Shown piece after piece: positions 20,791 to 29,677 of a stretch of 32,000 bases of DNA. The translations under genes were made by a program, and so were the position numbers. The stretch's first letter is position 1; every line of letters begins with the position of its first letter. Source of the DNA: Raphidiopsis brookii D9 (GTDB lineage Bacteria > Cyanobacteriota > Cyanobacteriia > Cyanobacteriales > Nostocaceae); contig ACYB01000046.1 in assembly GCA_000175855.1 (NCBI GenBank), positions 150,001 through 182,000 of the forward strand, in the 5' to 3' direction. The notes beneath the pieces are model-generated. The model ran no database searches and was not told the origin of the DNA. It was given only the letters and a program-made list of their open reading frames with translations.

Positions 20791-21655
20791 AGTAACTGGT
20801 TCTCCTTAATCTAGTTGCTGACCTTGGGAGCGGATTTTCAGAGGATTTTACTACGCCCATAGCAGAATTGCTAGTGACGTAACAAACTGTGAGCCTACTG
20901 TTTGGTGAATCCGTCTATTGTTTCTCTTTTTTATCCACCAGAACAGTGATAATTACCTTTTTGATTGCAAGGCATTATTTCTGGTATCAGTGCAAAAGCC
21001 TATAGCTTTGCTTTTGTGCAGCAATGGGTTACACTGGTTACTTTGTTCCACTGCTCTGGCACTCTCCGTTCGCAACAGGACTTAAGCAGTTATGCTCAGT
21101 ATCCATTTCCTGATAAATTATCAGGTTGCTCTTAACACCTCAAACTATGGTTTGAGGATCGGCCCTAAAAGGGCTAGCCGGAGCGAACTATAACTCAACT
21201 TTGTTAACTCAACTTCTTTTTGGCTGTGGGTTAGGGGCCTTCGTTTGAGTTTTACCTAGTCTTACCTAAATTGTCTCCATTCTAGCAGCTTTTTTGGTTT
21301 TTTCACCAAAAGACTCAAGGTTTTGCGGTGCTTTTTCCCCAAGCGGCTAAATTGAGAAGACCACTAATGGCGCGGTTTAGTTACAACCTAATAGTGTAAT
21401 CCATAAACCCGGTTTTGTCGAGTGGTTGAGCAAAAATATTTTGGCAGAGGTAATTAACCAGTTATCTACTACTTGCTAACTTTTGGCAACCAGTGCTAAA
21501 CTGTGTTGAGGAAGTTGGAATTTATCTTCGTGCACTAGTTGATACGCTTTGGTTAAGGTTTACCCTTAGCTTATGCATTTGTTAACGTTAGTTAGCAAAT
21601 AAGTATCGGTGAATGATAATGATAGAGATATATAGGTTGGGTGGGAGAAAAATCT

Positions 21656-22131
21656 ATGGCACTAATTACCACTGGCAGTGGTTTCATCCGGGATTTAGAA
21701 AAATTTGGTTCCTTGGGTGTATTTGTTCCCTTGGAAGGAGGTTATGAAGGTCGCTATCGTCGTCGTCTCAGGGCTGCAGGATATGTTAACCTTCATATTA
21801 CAGCTAGAGGTTTAGGAGACGTAGCAGCCTATTTGATGGGGATTCATGGGATTAGACCTCCCCATTTGGGCAAAAAGAGTACCAGCAATGGTGCAGCGGT
21901 AGGTGAGGTACAATATTTACCCCCTTAATCTCTTCCCATTTAGCCCAGCTACCCCCGAATTCCAAAGGATTGTTATTGTGGGTGATTGAGGGCAATATTC
22001 TTTCCGATCAGGAAGTGGAATATTTCACCAATTTACCCCGGTTGGAACCACGGGTCAAGGTAGTGATTGAAAGGGGTGGCGATCGCTATTTTCGTTGGAC
22101 TCCCCTAGAAAAAACCTTACTGGCCAGTTAA
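21656..22131 (+). pseudogene. ndhN: NDH-1 subunit N (NAD(P)H-quinone oxidoreductase subunit N); frame broken by a 1-nt deficit in a C-run
   Basis: ATG 21656 (RBS GGGAGA) gives MALITTGSGFIRDLEKFGSLGVFVPLEGGYEGRYRRRLRAAGY...GEVQYLPP, then TAA at 21926..21928. My translation of the -1 frame from 21925 gives LISSHLAQLPPNSKGLLLWVIEGNILSDQEVEYFTNLPRLEPRVKVVIERGGDRYFRWTPLEKTLLAS-stop (22129..22131). That is the expected NdhN C-terminal half. The span is 476 nt; adding one base gives 477 nt, or 158 aa. The junction is the C5 run at 21920..21924. Confidence 0.85.
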
Positions 22132-22215
22132 TTGTATTTGATTACCGGCGAACCTATTCGCCGTTGGCCAGGTTGGGGTCCAGCTACACAAATTGAAGCA
22201 AGTGGTTAAGTAAAA

Positions 22216-22755
22216 ATGAGACGTAAATCAACTCCCAGAACGACTACAAGTTCCAAACCCTCTATTTTTCAATCTCCCATATTTAATTTAACCACCATTG
22301 CTATTTTAGGGGGAGTATTGGTCTTGGGTATTGGCATTGGCATTGCTTTTAGCTCCACCACCACCCTTACTCCCTCAAATGTAGCCAGCCGTGAATTTAT
22401 TGATTTAAAAGCCCCAAACCCAGAAATTTGTGTTCAGTATGGGGCCAGTGCAATGGTTATGGATGCCCGATTATTTGTCACTCTTAACCCATTTAATGTC
22501 TACGTATCACAACCAAATATTCGTCCTGGGTGTGTAATCCGCCAAAATAACTGGGCTATTTTAGAAAACAAGAAACTGGTCACATCGGATCAGGTAAGAG
22601 AGTGTAAAAATCGTCTGAATACTTTTGGATTTACCGGCAATTTGGACAGTGAAAAGCCCGATATTAGATGTATCTATCAAAATGAGGCGGGTCAAAATTT
22701 CTTCTTATCTCAACCAGGTGCAGTAGCGCCCAATCAGGAAACAGATAGATTTTAG
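22216..22755 (+). CDS. hypothetical protein with an N-terminal TM anchor and four conserved-looking Cys
   Basis: 179-aa ORF with a basic N-terminus, one hydrophobic helix (LTTIAILGGVLVLGIGIGIAF) and a soluble domain with 4 Cys (ICVQYG, PGCVIR, RECKNR, IRCIYQ). Composition is coding-like. I do not recognise a function. Confidence 0.75.
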   Translation: MRRKSTPRTTTSSKPSIFQSPIFNLTTIAILGGVLVLGIGIGIAFSSTTTLTPSNVASREFIDLKAPNPEICVQYGASAMVMDARLFVTLNPFNVYVSQPNIRPGCVIRQNNWAILENKKLVTSDQVRECKNRLNTFGFTGNLDSEKPDIRCIYQNEAGQNFFLSQPGAVAPNQETDRF

Positions 22756-22800
22756 TTATTGACATTTATTTTCACTTACCCCAATTTTATCCTCCGTATC

Positions 22801-22853
22801 TTGTTAGATATTGTTAAATTTTGTTAAGATTGGAGACGACAAAGATTTATAAT
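22801..22853 (+). promoter_or_regulatory. three phased direct repeats TTGTTA(G/A) at exact 10-bp spacing plus a consensus TATAAT box upstream of the ABC-F gene
   Basis: ttgttagata / ttgttaaatt / ttgttaagat occupy 22801..22830. TATAAT lies at 22848..22853, 39 nt upstream of ATG 22892. Confidence 0.35.
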
Positions 22854-22891
22854 TTTTCCTACTCCCTATTCCTTAAATCGAGAGATATTTC

Positions 22892-24565
22892 ATGTTGAGA
22901 CTCGAACACATCAGTAAAATTTACCCCACGGGGGAAGTTCTAAAAGATATTAACTGGGAAGTCAAACCAGGCGATCGCATTGGTTTAGTGGGCGTTAACG
23001 GTGCGGGAAAGTCTACCCAATTGAAAATTATCTCTGGGGAAATAGAGCCCACTGCTGGTCAGATAATTCGTCCTGCTAGTTTGCACATAGCCTATCTTAA
23101 CCAGGAGTTTGAAGTAGATCCCACACGAACAGTTCAGGAAGAGTTTTGGACTGTTTTCAAAGAAGCTAACGCGGTGCAATTAGCACTATATGAAGTGCAG
23201 CGTGACATGGAAACAGCGACCGTAGAACAATTAGACAAACTAATTAATAAGTTAGACAAATTACAACGTCAGTTTGAGTCCCTAGATGGTTATAATCTAG
23301 ATGCTCGCATTGGTAAAATTCTGCCAGAAATGGGTTTTCAGGTAGAAGATGGGGATCGTCTGGTGAGTGCTTTTTCGGGGGGTTGGCAAATGCGCATGAG
23401 TTTGGGCAAAATCCTCTTGCAAAAGCCAGACCTATTACTACTAGACGAACCAACAAACCACTTAGACTTAGAAACTATTGAATGGTTAGAGAATTACCTC
23501 AGGAGTTTGACCACCCCCATGGTAATTATTTCCCATGACCGGGAGTTTTTAGACCGACTTTGCACACAAATTGTCGAAACTGAACGAGGGGTTTCCACCA
23601 CCTATCTAGGTAACTATTCTGCATATCTCCAACAAAAGGCTGAGAATGAAGCGTCTCAGTTAAGTGCCTTTGAACGTCAACAAAAGGAAATAGAAAAACA
23701 GCAAGCGTTTGTAGACAGATTTCGCGCTAGTGCTACTCGCAGCACCCAGGCAAAAAGCAGAGAAAAGCAGTTAGAGAAAGTTGAAAGAATTGAAGCACCA
23801 ACTACAGGGGTGAGAACCCTAAATTTTCGTTTTCCACCCGCACCGCGCAGTGGTAGGGAAGTGGTAGAAATTAAGGACCTTACCCACACCTATGGAGACA
23901 AGATCCTGTTTCTAGGTGCCAACTTGCTCATTGAACGGGGAGACAGGATCGCTTTCTTAGGACCTAATGGAGCAGGAAAGTCTACTCTGTTAAAAATGAT
24001 TACGGGTATGGAAATTCCTACGGAAGGAACTGTTAAACTGGGGGACCATAATGTTATTCCGGGTTATTTTGAACAGAATCAGGCGGAGGCCCTGGATCTA
24101 AATAAAACCGTCATGGAGACTATTCATGATGAAGTTCCTGATTGGAAAAATGAGGAAGTCCGTACGTTGCTGGGAAGGTTTTTATTTGCCGGGGATACGG
24201 TTTTCAAACAGGTAGGAGACCTAAGCGGGGGAGAGAAAGCAAGACTAGCACTGGCAAAGATGCTATTATGCCCAGTTAATTTAATCATTTTGGATGAACC
24301 TACTAATCACTTAGATATTCCCGCTAAAGAAATGTTGGAAGAAGCACTACAAAACTATGATGGTACAGCTATATTAGTGTCTCATGACCGTTACTTTATC
24401 TCCCAGGTGGCAAATAAAATTGTAGAAATTCGAGATGGAGAATTTCGAGTTTATTTAGGAGATTATCACTACTATCTAACTAAGATTGAGGAAGAAAAGG
24501 AACAAGCTAAATTAGCGGCTAAAAAGGCGACAAAAACAGCAAAAGCGGCTGCTAAGAAAAAGTAA
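22892..24565 (+). CDS. ABC-F family ATPase (tandem ABC domains, no TM domain; ribosome-associated type)
   Basis: There are two complete cassettes. The first has GVNGAGKST, FSGGWQMR and LLLLDEPTNHLD. The second has GPNGAGKST, LSGGEKAR and LIILDEPTNHLD. A charged inter-domain linker and a Lys/Ala-rich C-terminal tail are also present. Confidence 0.9.
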   Translation: MLRLEHISKIYPTGEVLKDINWEVKPGDRIGLVGVNGAGKSTQLKIISGEIEPTAGQIIRPASLHIAYLNQEFEVDPTRTVQEEFWTVFKEANAVQLALYEVQRDMETATVEQLDKLINKLDKLQRQFESLDGYNLDARIGKILPEMGFQVEDGDRLVSAFSGGWQMRMSLGKILLQKPDLLLLDEPTNHLDLETIEWLENYLRSLTTPMVIISHDREFLDRLCTQIVETERGVSTTYLGNYSAYLQQKAENEASQLSAFERQQKEIEKQQAFVDRFRASATRSTQAKSREKQLEKVERIEAPTTGVRTLNFRFPPAPRSGREVVEIKDLTHTYGDKILFLGANLLIERGDRIAFLGPNGAGKSTLLKMITGMEIPTEGTVKLGDHNVIPGYFEQNQAEALDLNKTVMETIHDEVPDWKNEEVRTLLGRFLFAGDTVFKQVGDLSGGEKARLALAKMLLCPVNLIILDEPTNHLDIPAKEMLEEALQNYDGTAILVSHDRYFISQVANKIVEIRDGEFRVYLGDYHYYLTKIEEEKEQAKLAAKKATKTAKAAAKKK

Positions 24566-24576
24566 GTTAAAGAACT

Positions 24577-24601
24577 CGGGGACTGAATGGCCTGTCCCCC
24601 G
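24577..24601 (+). terminator. hairpin (GGGGAC-N10-GTCCCC) followed by GTTT, just after the ABC-F stop
   Basis: Read directly. It lies between convergent genes. The T-tract is weak. Confidence 0.4.
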
Positions 24602-24739
24602 TTTGCCATCTTCATGAATACTCTAATAATTGTAGATGCTTGCTTGATTATAAAGGTTATCACTTAAACTAACTAATAGCTGATAATTGAGTGATAAGTT
24701 AAGAATTGTGGTGAGGTGCAACCTGTACTTGAGTGTTAG

Positions 24740-25024
24740 TTACTGCTGGGTATTATCCAAAGAGTTTCTCAACCGCATCAGTTGTCTTCTCATTTGAGGA
24801 GAGGCCTTAAATTCAGATATCTCCTGAGCTTTAACAGATGCTTGTAGCATTTCCAAAAATTCATCCGATCCCTCTGTAAGTGCATCTAAGAATACTTGCA
24901 GAAGCTGTTCACGATCTCCCAACAAACTTTTTTCTTCTATTAAGCGAAACTTAAGATGAATTTCACATTCATAAACACCGACTTGGAGATTGTTGACCTG
25001 GCTTGGTAATGCTTTGGAGTTCAT
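24740..25024 (-). CDS. small acidic hypothetical protein (94 aa)
   Basis: ATG-initiated ORF with coding-like, predicted helical, Glu/Leu/Gln-rich sequence. It has no recognisable motif and diverges from ndhM across a 630-bp AT-rich spacer. Confidence 0.6.
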   Translation of the reverse strand: MNSKALPSQVNNLQVGVYECEIHLKFRLIEEKSLLGDREQLLQVFLDALTEGSDEFLEMLQASVKAQEISEFKASPQMRRQLMRLRNSLDNTQQ

Positions 25025-25655
25025 AGTTGTGAGGATTCCTTTACTGGGTTAGAAACGGTGTTCATACAGGTGAGGAGCCAAAATATCCAGAAAAAAATAT
25101 TTATATTTTCTCAATATTTTCTCAAACACAGGGAAGACGTAACTTCAGTTTACTCATCTGCTAAATTTGTTTTCCATTCCGCCCTCCATAGTGATGAAAA
25201 ATTGCTTTTAACTGTTCCAATTTTACTCCTCCTTGTGTAGTTGTTGTATGTTGAAGTAGTAAAGCATAATGGGATTTTTAAGTTCTACACAATAAAGGTT
25301 CTGTAAGAACTTGTCCCACCTTTTTAAAAGTTTGTACAACAACTTTATCCAAACGTCAATACTGGGAAAATATATCACTTTATCAACTAGTAATTATATT
25401 TAAATTGATTTTTAAAAGTCTATATGGGTAAGACAATTTGATGTTAAGAACAGTTTTATTAAATAAAAACAGTGCCATTTGTTACATGCATTAAGATTTG
25501 TAACAAAAGTGACATAAAGCTTACGATATTTGATATATATAAGCGAAGTCCTAGCGATTCTGCTAATCAATCCATTTAGAAAATCCAAACAATTAAGATC
25601 GGGCACAACAGTTAAAATAATTGCAGTGTAATTAACCAAAATCCTAGACCTAATT

Positions 25656-26018
25656 ATGGATAACCCAATACTGCTTAAGTCCACAACCCGTCATATTCGC
25701 ATTTTTGCGGCCGAAATAAACAAAGACGAATTAGTCCCTAGCAACCAGGTTCTTACTTTAGACGTTGATCCAGATAACGAATTTAATTGGAGCGAAGATG
25801 CACTACAGAAAGTATATCGTAAATTTGATGAAATTGTAGAATCTTCAGAAGGTGTAGACCTAACAGACTATAATTTACGTCGGATTGGTTCAGATTTGGA
25901 GCATTTTGTGCGATCACTGTTACAAAGAGGTGAGATTAGCTACAATCTTGCTGCTCGTGTCACCAACTACAGCATGGGACTACCCCAAGTTGCAGTTAAG
26001 GTAAATGAAAGTTTCTAA
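25656..26018 (+). CDS. ndhM: NDH-1 subunit M (NAD(P)H-quinone oxidoreductase subunit M)
   Basis: LLKSTTRHIRIFAAEI...VLTLDVDPDNEFNW...LQKVYRKFDE...LTDYNLRRIGSDLEHFVRSLLQRGEISYNL matches my recollection of cyanobacterial NdhM. Confidence 0.88.
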   Translation: MDNPILLKSTTRHIRIFAAEINKDELVPSNQVLTLDVDPDNEFNWSEDALQKVYRKFDEIVESSEGVDLTDYNLRRIGSDLEHFVRSLLQRGEISYNLAARVTNYSMGLPQVAVKVNESF

Positions 26019-26105
26019 CCCATCAACAAAATTAGGGATCTGGTAAACCCAGACTCTAAAAAGTTCGGGAACACTAATTGCTAGTCGCTGCTTGGTGCGA
26101 GAAAT

Positions 26106-28013
26106 ATGGAAAATGAAGTGGCAATGCTTTTCTGCCCAAACGAATATTGTCAAGCCCCCAATCCTCTAAACCACAGGTTTTGCCAGAGATGCTCCACACC
26201 CTTACCTAGGCGTTATCTGTGGACGGTGGGGGTTCATGATGTGGGTAATCCGGGAAAAATTGTGGGAGACCGTTATGTAATCATTGAGGGGTCGATAATT
26301 TTAGATCTCAAACCCGGATTACCACCCCAAGCACCTGATTTAGCTTATTTAGATCAAGTCAAGCCCTATCTAAAACTTATCCCCCACCGCCTGCACATAC
26401 CACAGATTTATGGAGTTCTTCCTGTAACTGAACCAGAAGCTAGAACAAATACACTGCTGTTGGAAGCCATACCCCTAATCCATGACAATGAAAACCAGCA
26501 AGTACATTTGTGGAGCGACCTAATCACAGCTTGGGGTAAAGCTTCTTCCATACGACAAATTAATTGGTTGTGGCAAATAGCGAGATTATGGCAACCCCTA
26601 TACGAGCAAGGGGTTGCTAGTAGTTTGTTAGACTGGGACTTAATTAGAGTCCAAGGGGGATTAGTTAAGGTCCTGGAACTACGTACTGACAGCTCTTATA
26701 TAAACCTGTCACAGTTAGGAAAAGCTTGGCAACAACTTTTAACACATACTCGACCGTTCTTTGTGGACTTGCTCAACCAGGTTTGTGAATCTTTGATTAA
26801 CGAAGAAATTACTTCGTCTAAACATTTAACTATAATTTTAGACGAAGCGCTATCACAAATAGACAAGTTGCAAAAAAACACTTCAAGCATTGCCGTAAAA
26901 ATTTTGACTCAAACTGATCCAGGTCCAAGTCGTCAAAGAAATGAGGACTCCTGCTATCCATCTCCAGACATTGTAGTTAGTCTATCTTCCCCAAGGGATG
27001 GTCTAGCTATTGTTTGCGATGGTATTGGCGGACATGAAGGAGGAGATATAGCATCCGATTTAGCAGTAAAGACCATTGTAGCACAAGTAGAAGAAATATT
27101 AACAATTCAGGGAAGTGTAGACAACTATAGAGATTCACAAACAGTCGTTCAAATGTTGGAACTAGCAGTAGCACTAGCAAACGATAAGATCAGCGAGCAG
27201 AACGATATTGATCACCGTCAAGGTCGTCAGAGAATGGGAACCACCCTAGTCATGGCCATACCCATTGCTCACCAGATGTACATTACCCATCTGGGAGACA
27301 GTCGTGCTTATTGGATTACCGATCATGGTTGTTATCAGGTGACCCTGGATGATGATGTAGCTTCCCGTGAGGTGCGTTTAGGTTATGCCACTTACCGTGA
27401 AGCCATACAACATCGTGGTTCAGGTTCCTTAATTCAGGCTCTTGGTATGGGTACTAGCGCTTTACTTTCCCCCACTTGTGAGCGGTTTATTCTGGATGAG
27501 GATGGTATTTTCCTCCTGAGTTCTGATGGACTGACAGATTTTGATCGGGTAGAGGACCACTGGGAAACCGAAATCCTACCTGTTTTGCGCGGGAAGTCTA
27601 ATTTACAAACTACCGCATCTCGACTGGTAGAAATTGCTAATACTAAGAATGGGCATGATAATGTCACTATTGCTCTGTTACATTATCAAGTTCAATATCA
27701 AGAGCCCAGTGCAGTGCTAGAGGCAAAAATTCCGCCCATTAGTTTCGGTAAAACAGTTAATATAACCGGTAGTAATTCCCAAGCAAGGGATGTAAATTAT
27801 TTCCCCCAATCAACTCGGGTGATTCCTGAAACTCCAGGTATTAAGGATCATAAACGCAAAATCCCCATACGGCTATTAATTCTGTTAGCTGTACTTTTAG
27901 GGGCCGGATTTTTAGGATCCTGGCTCAACCGAGAAACAAAATCCCCGGTTCCTGTTTCTACACCTACCCCATCGGTGAAAACTATAATTTACTTTTATCA
28001 TACTAACTGGTAA
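26106..28013 (+). CDS. multidomain PP2C-family Ser/Thr phosphatase: N-terminal zinc ribbon, degenerate kinase-like middle region, PP2C domain, C-terminal TM anchor
   Basis: The Zn-ribbon is CPNEYCQAPNPLNHRFCQRC (aa 10-29). PP2C motifs are RQRNEDS, LAIVCDGIGGHEGGDIAS, MGTTLVMA, THLGDSRAY, LLSSDGLTD and NGHDNVT. The TM helix is IRLLILLAVLLGAGFLGSWL near the C-terminus. The stop abuts lpxC. Confidence 0.88.
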   Translation: MENEVAMLFCPNEYCQAPNPLNHRFCQRCSTPLPRRYLWTVGVHDVGNPGKIVGDRYVIIEGSIILDLKPGLPPQAPDLAYLDQVKPYLKLIPHRLHIPQIYGVLPVTEPEARTNTLLLEAIPLIHDNENQQVHLWSDLITAWGKASSIRQINWLWQIARLWQPLYEQGVASSLLDWDLIRVQGGLVKVLELRTDSSYINLSQLGKAWQQLLTHTRPFFVDLLNQVCESLINEEITSSKHLTIILDEALSQIDKLQKNTSSIAVKILTQTDPGPSRQRNEDSCYPSPDIVVSLSSPRDGLAIVCDGIGGHEGGDIASDLAVKTIVAQVEEILTIQGSVDNYRDSQTVVQMLELAVALANDKISEQNDIDHRQGRQRMGTTLVMAIPIAHQMYITHLGDSRAYWITDHGCYQVTLDDDVASREVRLGYATYREAIQHRGSGSLIQALGMGTSALLSPTCERFILDEDGIFLLSSDGLTDFDRVEDHWETEILPVLRGKSNLQTTASRLVEIANTKNGHDNVTIALLHYQVQYQEPSAVLEAKIPPISFGKTVNITGSNSQARDVNYFPQSTRVIPETPGIKDHKRKIPIRLLILLAVLLGAGFLGSWLNRETKSPVPVSTPTPSVKTIIYFYHTNW

Positions 28014-28037
28014 GTGGAATTTATCTGGCGTTTACAA

Positions 28038-28883
28038 ATGCATCAACATACTTTAGCTGCTGAAATTTGCCAAACGGGTGTGGGACTTCATAGTGGTGTA
28101 AATAGTACCGTGCGAATACTACCAGCTCCAAGCGGGAGCAAACGCTACTTTGTGAGGGTCGATTTACCTAATTTGCCAATTATTCCCGCTGAAATCGCAG
28201 CAGTTAATCAAACTCTCCTCTCTACTGAATTAGGCACGGGAAACGCTTGCATACGCACAGTAGAGCATTTACTAGCGTCCTTGGCTACTATGGGTGTAGA
28301 TAATGCCCGGATTGAAATTGACGGATCCGAAGTACCACTTTTAGATGGTTCCGCTCAAGTGTGGACTAATAGCATTGCTGCTGTAGGATTAACTTCACAA
28401 CCCGTTATTGATCAGTCTTTTCCCATAGTAATTAAGGAACCTATCTACGTTTATGACAAGGACGCATTTGTTTGTGTCTTACCTGGAGAGGATACACGTT
28501 TTAGCTATGGAATTGATTTTGATGTACCAGCAATTGGCAATCAATGGTACAGTTTTGTCCTTTGCCATGGGGAAGATATTCCCCATTCCTTTCTCACCGA
28601 AATTGCCCCAGCTCGAACCTTTGCCCTCTTACATCAAATTGAACATCTACAAAAATCCGGTTTAATCAAAGGTGGTACTCTGGAAAACGCCCTAGTTTGC
28701 GGAATGGATGGCTGGGTAAATCCACCATTAAGATTTATGAATGAACCTGTCAGACATAAAATCCTCGACCTAGTGGGTGATATCAGCCTATTAGGACAGT
28801 TTCCCAAGGGCCACTTTCTAGCCTACAAAGCTAGTCATCACTTGCATATCCAGTTAGCACGTAAAATTTTAGAGAGTGTCTGA
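28038..28883 (+). CDS. lpxC: UDP-3-O-acyl-N-acetylglucosamine deacetylase
   Basis: [21 protein letters not shown]...TVEHLLA...[11 protein letters not shown] are LpxC zinc-site and signature regions. ATG 28038 is preferred over GTG 28014. Confidence 0.92.
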   Translation: MHQHTLAAEICQTGVGLHSGVNSTVRILPAPSGSKRYFVRVDLPNLPIIPAEIAAVNQTLLSTELGTGNACIRTVEHLLASLATMGVDNARIEIDGSEVPLLDGSAQVWTNSIAAVGLTSQPVIDQSFPIVIKEPIYVYDKDAFVCVLPGEDTRFSYGIDFDVPAIGNQWYSFVLCHGEDIPHSFLTEIAPARTFALLHQIEHLQKSGLIKGGTLENALVCGMDGWVNPPLRFMNEPVRHKILDLVGDISLLGQFPKGHFLAYKASHHLHIQLARKILESV

Positions 28884-28974
28884 AAAGTTGTGCTAAAAAT
28901 TAAGTAAACTTTAAGATTATACGCTATTATCTAGGCTAATTTAGCTTCCCACATCTCAATCAAATCCATTGCCA

Positions 28975-29490
28975 ATGTTAACCTTCAGCCAAACCAATTT
29001 TATCCAAGTGACTACATCCCAAGGAGAAGACCAAACCATTAATACATCAGCAACTAAAACAACTTTCACCATAGAAGAGATTCAGCAACTAATACCCCAT
29101 CGCTACCCGTTTTTACTAGTAGATAAAATAGTTGACTATATTCCGGGAAAGTTGGCTGTAGGTATAAAAAATGTTACTTTTAACGAGCCTCAGTTCCAGG
29201 GACATTTTCCCGGACGCTCCCTAATGCCAGGGGTTCTAATTGTGGAAGCTATGGCTCAAGTTGGAGGGGTTGTTATGAGTCAAATGCCTAATATGCCTGA
29301 GGGACTGTTTGTATTTGTAGGTATTGACAAAGTGCGGTTTCGTCGTCAAGTGGTACCCGGTGACCAATTAATTATGACTGTGGAACTATTATCTGTCAAA
29401 CAACGTCGGTTTGGAAAAATGCAGGGTCGAGCTGAAGTTGACGGAAATCTCGCCGCTGAGGGAGAACTAATGTTCTCTTTAATTAGTTAA
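28975..29490 (+). CDS. fabZ: 3-hydroxyacyl-ACP dehydratase FabZ
   Basis: [14 protein letters not shown]...[27 protein letters not shown] is the FabZ hot-dog signature. The start could be ATG 28975 or TTG 28969. Confidence 0.92.
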   Translation: MLTFSQTNFIQVTTSQGEDQTINTSATKTTFTIEEIQQLIPHRYPFLLVDKIVDYIPGKLAVGIKNVTFNEPQFQGHFPGRSLMPGVLIVEAMAQVGGVVMSQMPNMPEGLFVFVGIDKVRFRRQVVPGDQLIMTVELLSVKQRRFGKMQGRAEVDGNLAAEGELMFSLIS

Positions 29491-29677
29491 AATTAGGACA
29501 GATAAAAAACCTGCGTATTTAGATGTAGCAGTGAAGCACATTACTCTAATTAATAAGTATTTTGTCGTCCCTGCTCCCTAATTCCAAATCTCATTCACAT
29601 TTCAAATTCGTCTTCCTCACACACCACTTAATTTTGCCCGACACTTTGTCTATGAAACCAGTTCTGGAGAGTCACCC

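Noticed and set aside
20791-21655. tRNA, tmRNA, RNase P RNA or SRP RNA in the long rplC-ndhN spacer
   Set aside because: I found no T-loop GGTTCGAATCC-type motif, no tmRNA tag-ORF context, and no RNase P conserved blocks. The region stays unassigned.
13838-21928. Programmed frameshifting of the prfB or dnaX type as the explanation for the broken frames
   Set aside because: The release factor present is RF1, not RF2. None of the sites shows the known stimulatory architecture, meaning an internal SD plus CUU-UGA or a strong downstream structure. The same one-base pattern hits four unrelated genes, so error or erosion is more parsimonious. Low-level slippage remains possible and is noted in the findings.
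25499-25514. NtcA-like site TGTA-N8-GACA upstream of ndhM
   Set aside because: It has one mismatch in the critical TAC half-site and no properly spaced -10 box that I can identify. It is mentioned only within the spacer finding.
25058-25684. ORFs 25058..25240 (+) and 25412..25684 (-)
   Set aside because: They lie in very AT-rich spacer with Ile/Leu/Asn/Lys/Phe-dominated low-complexity translations. The second overlaps the ndhM start. They are most likely chance ORFs.
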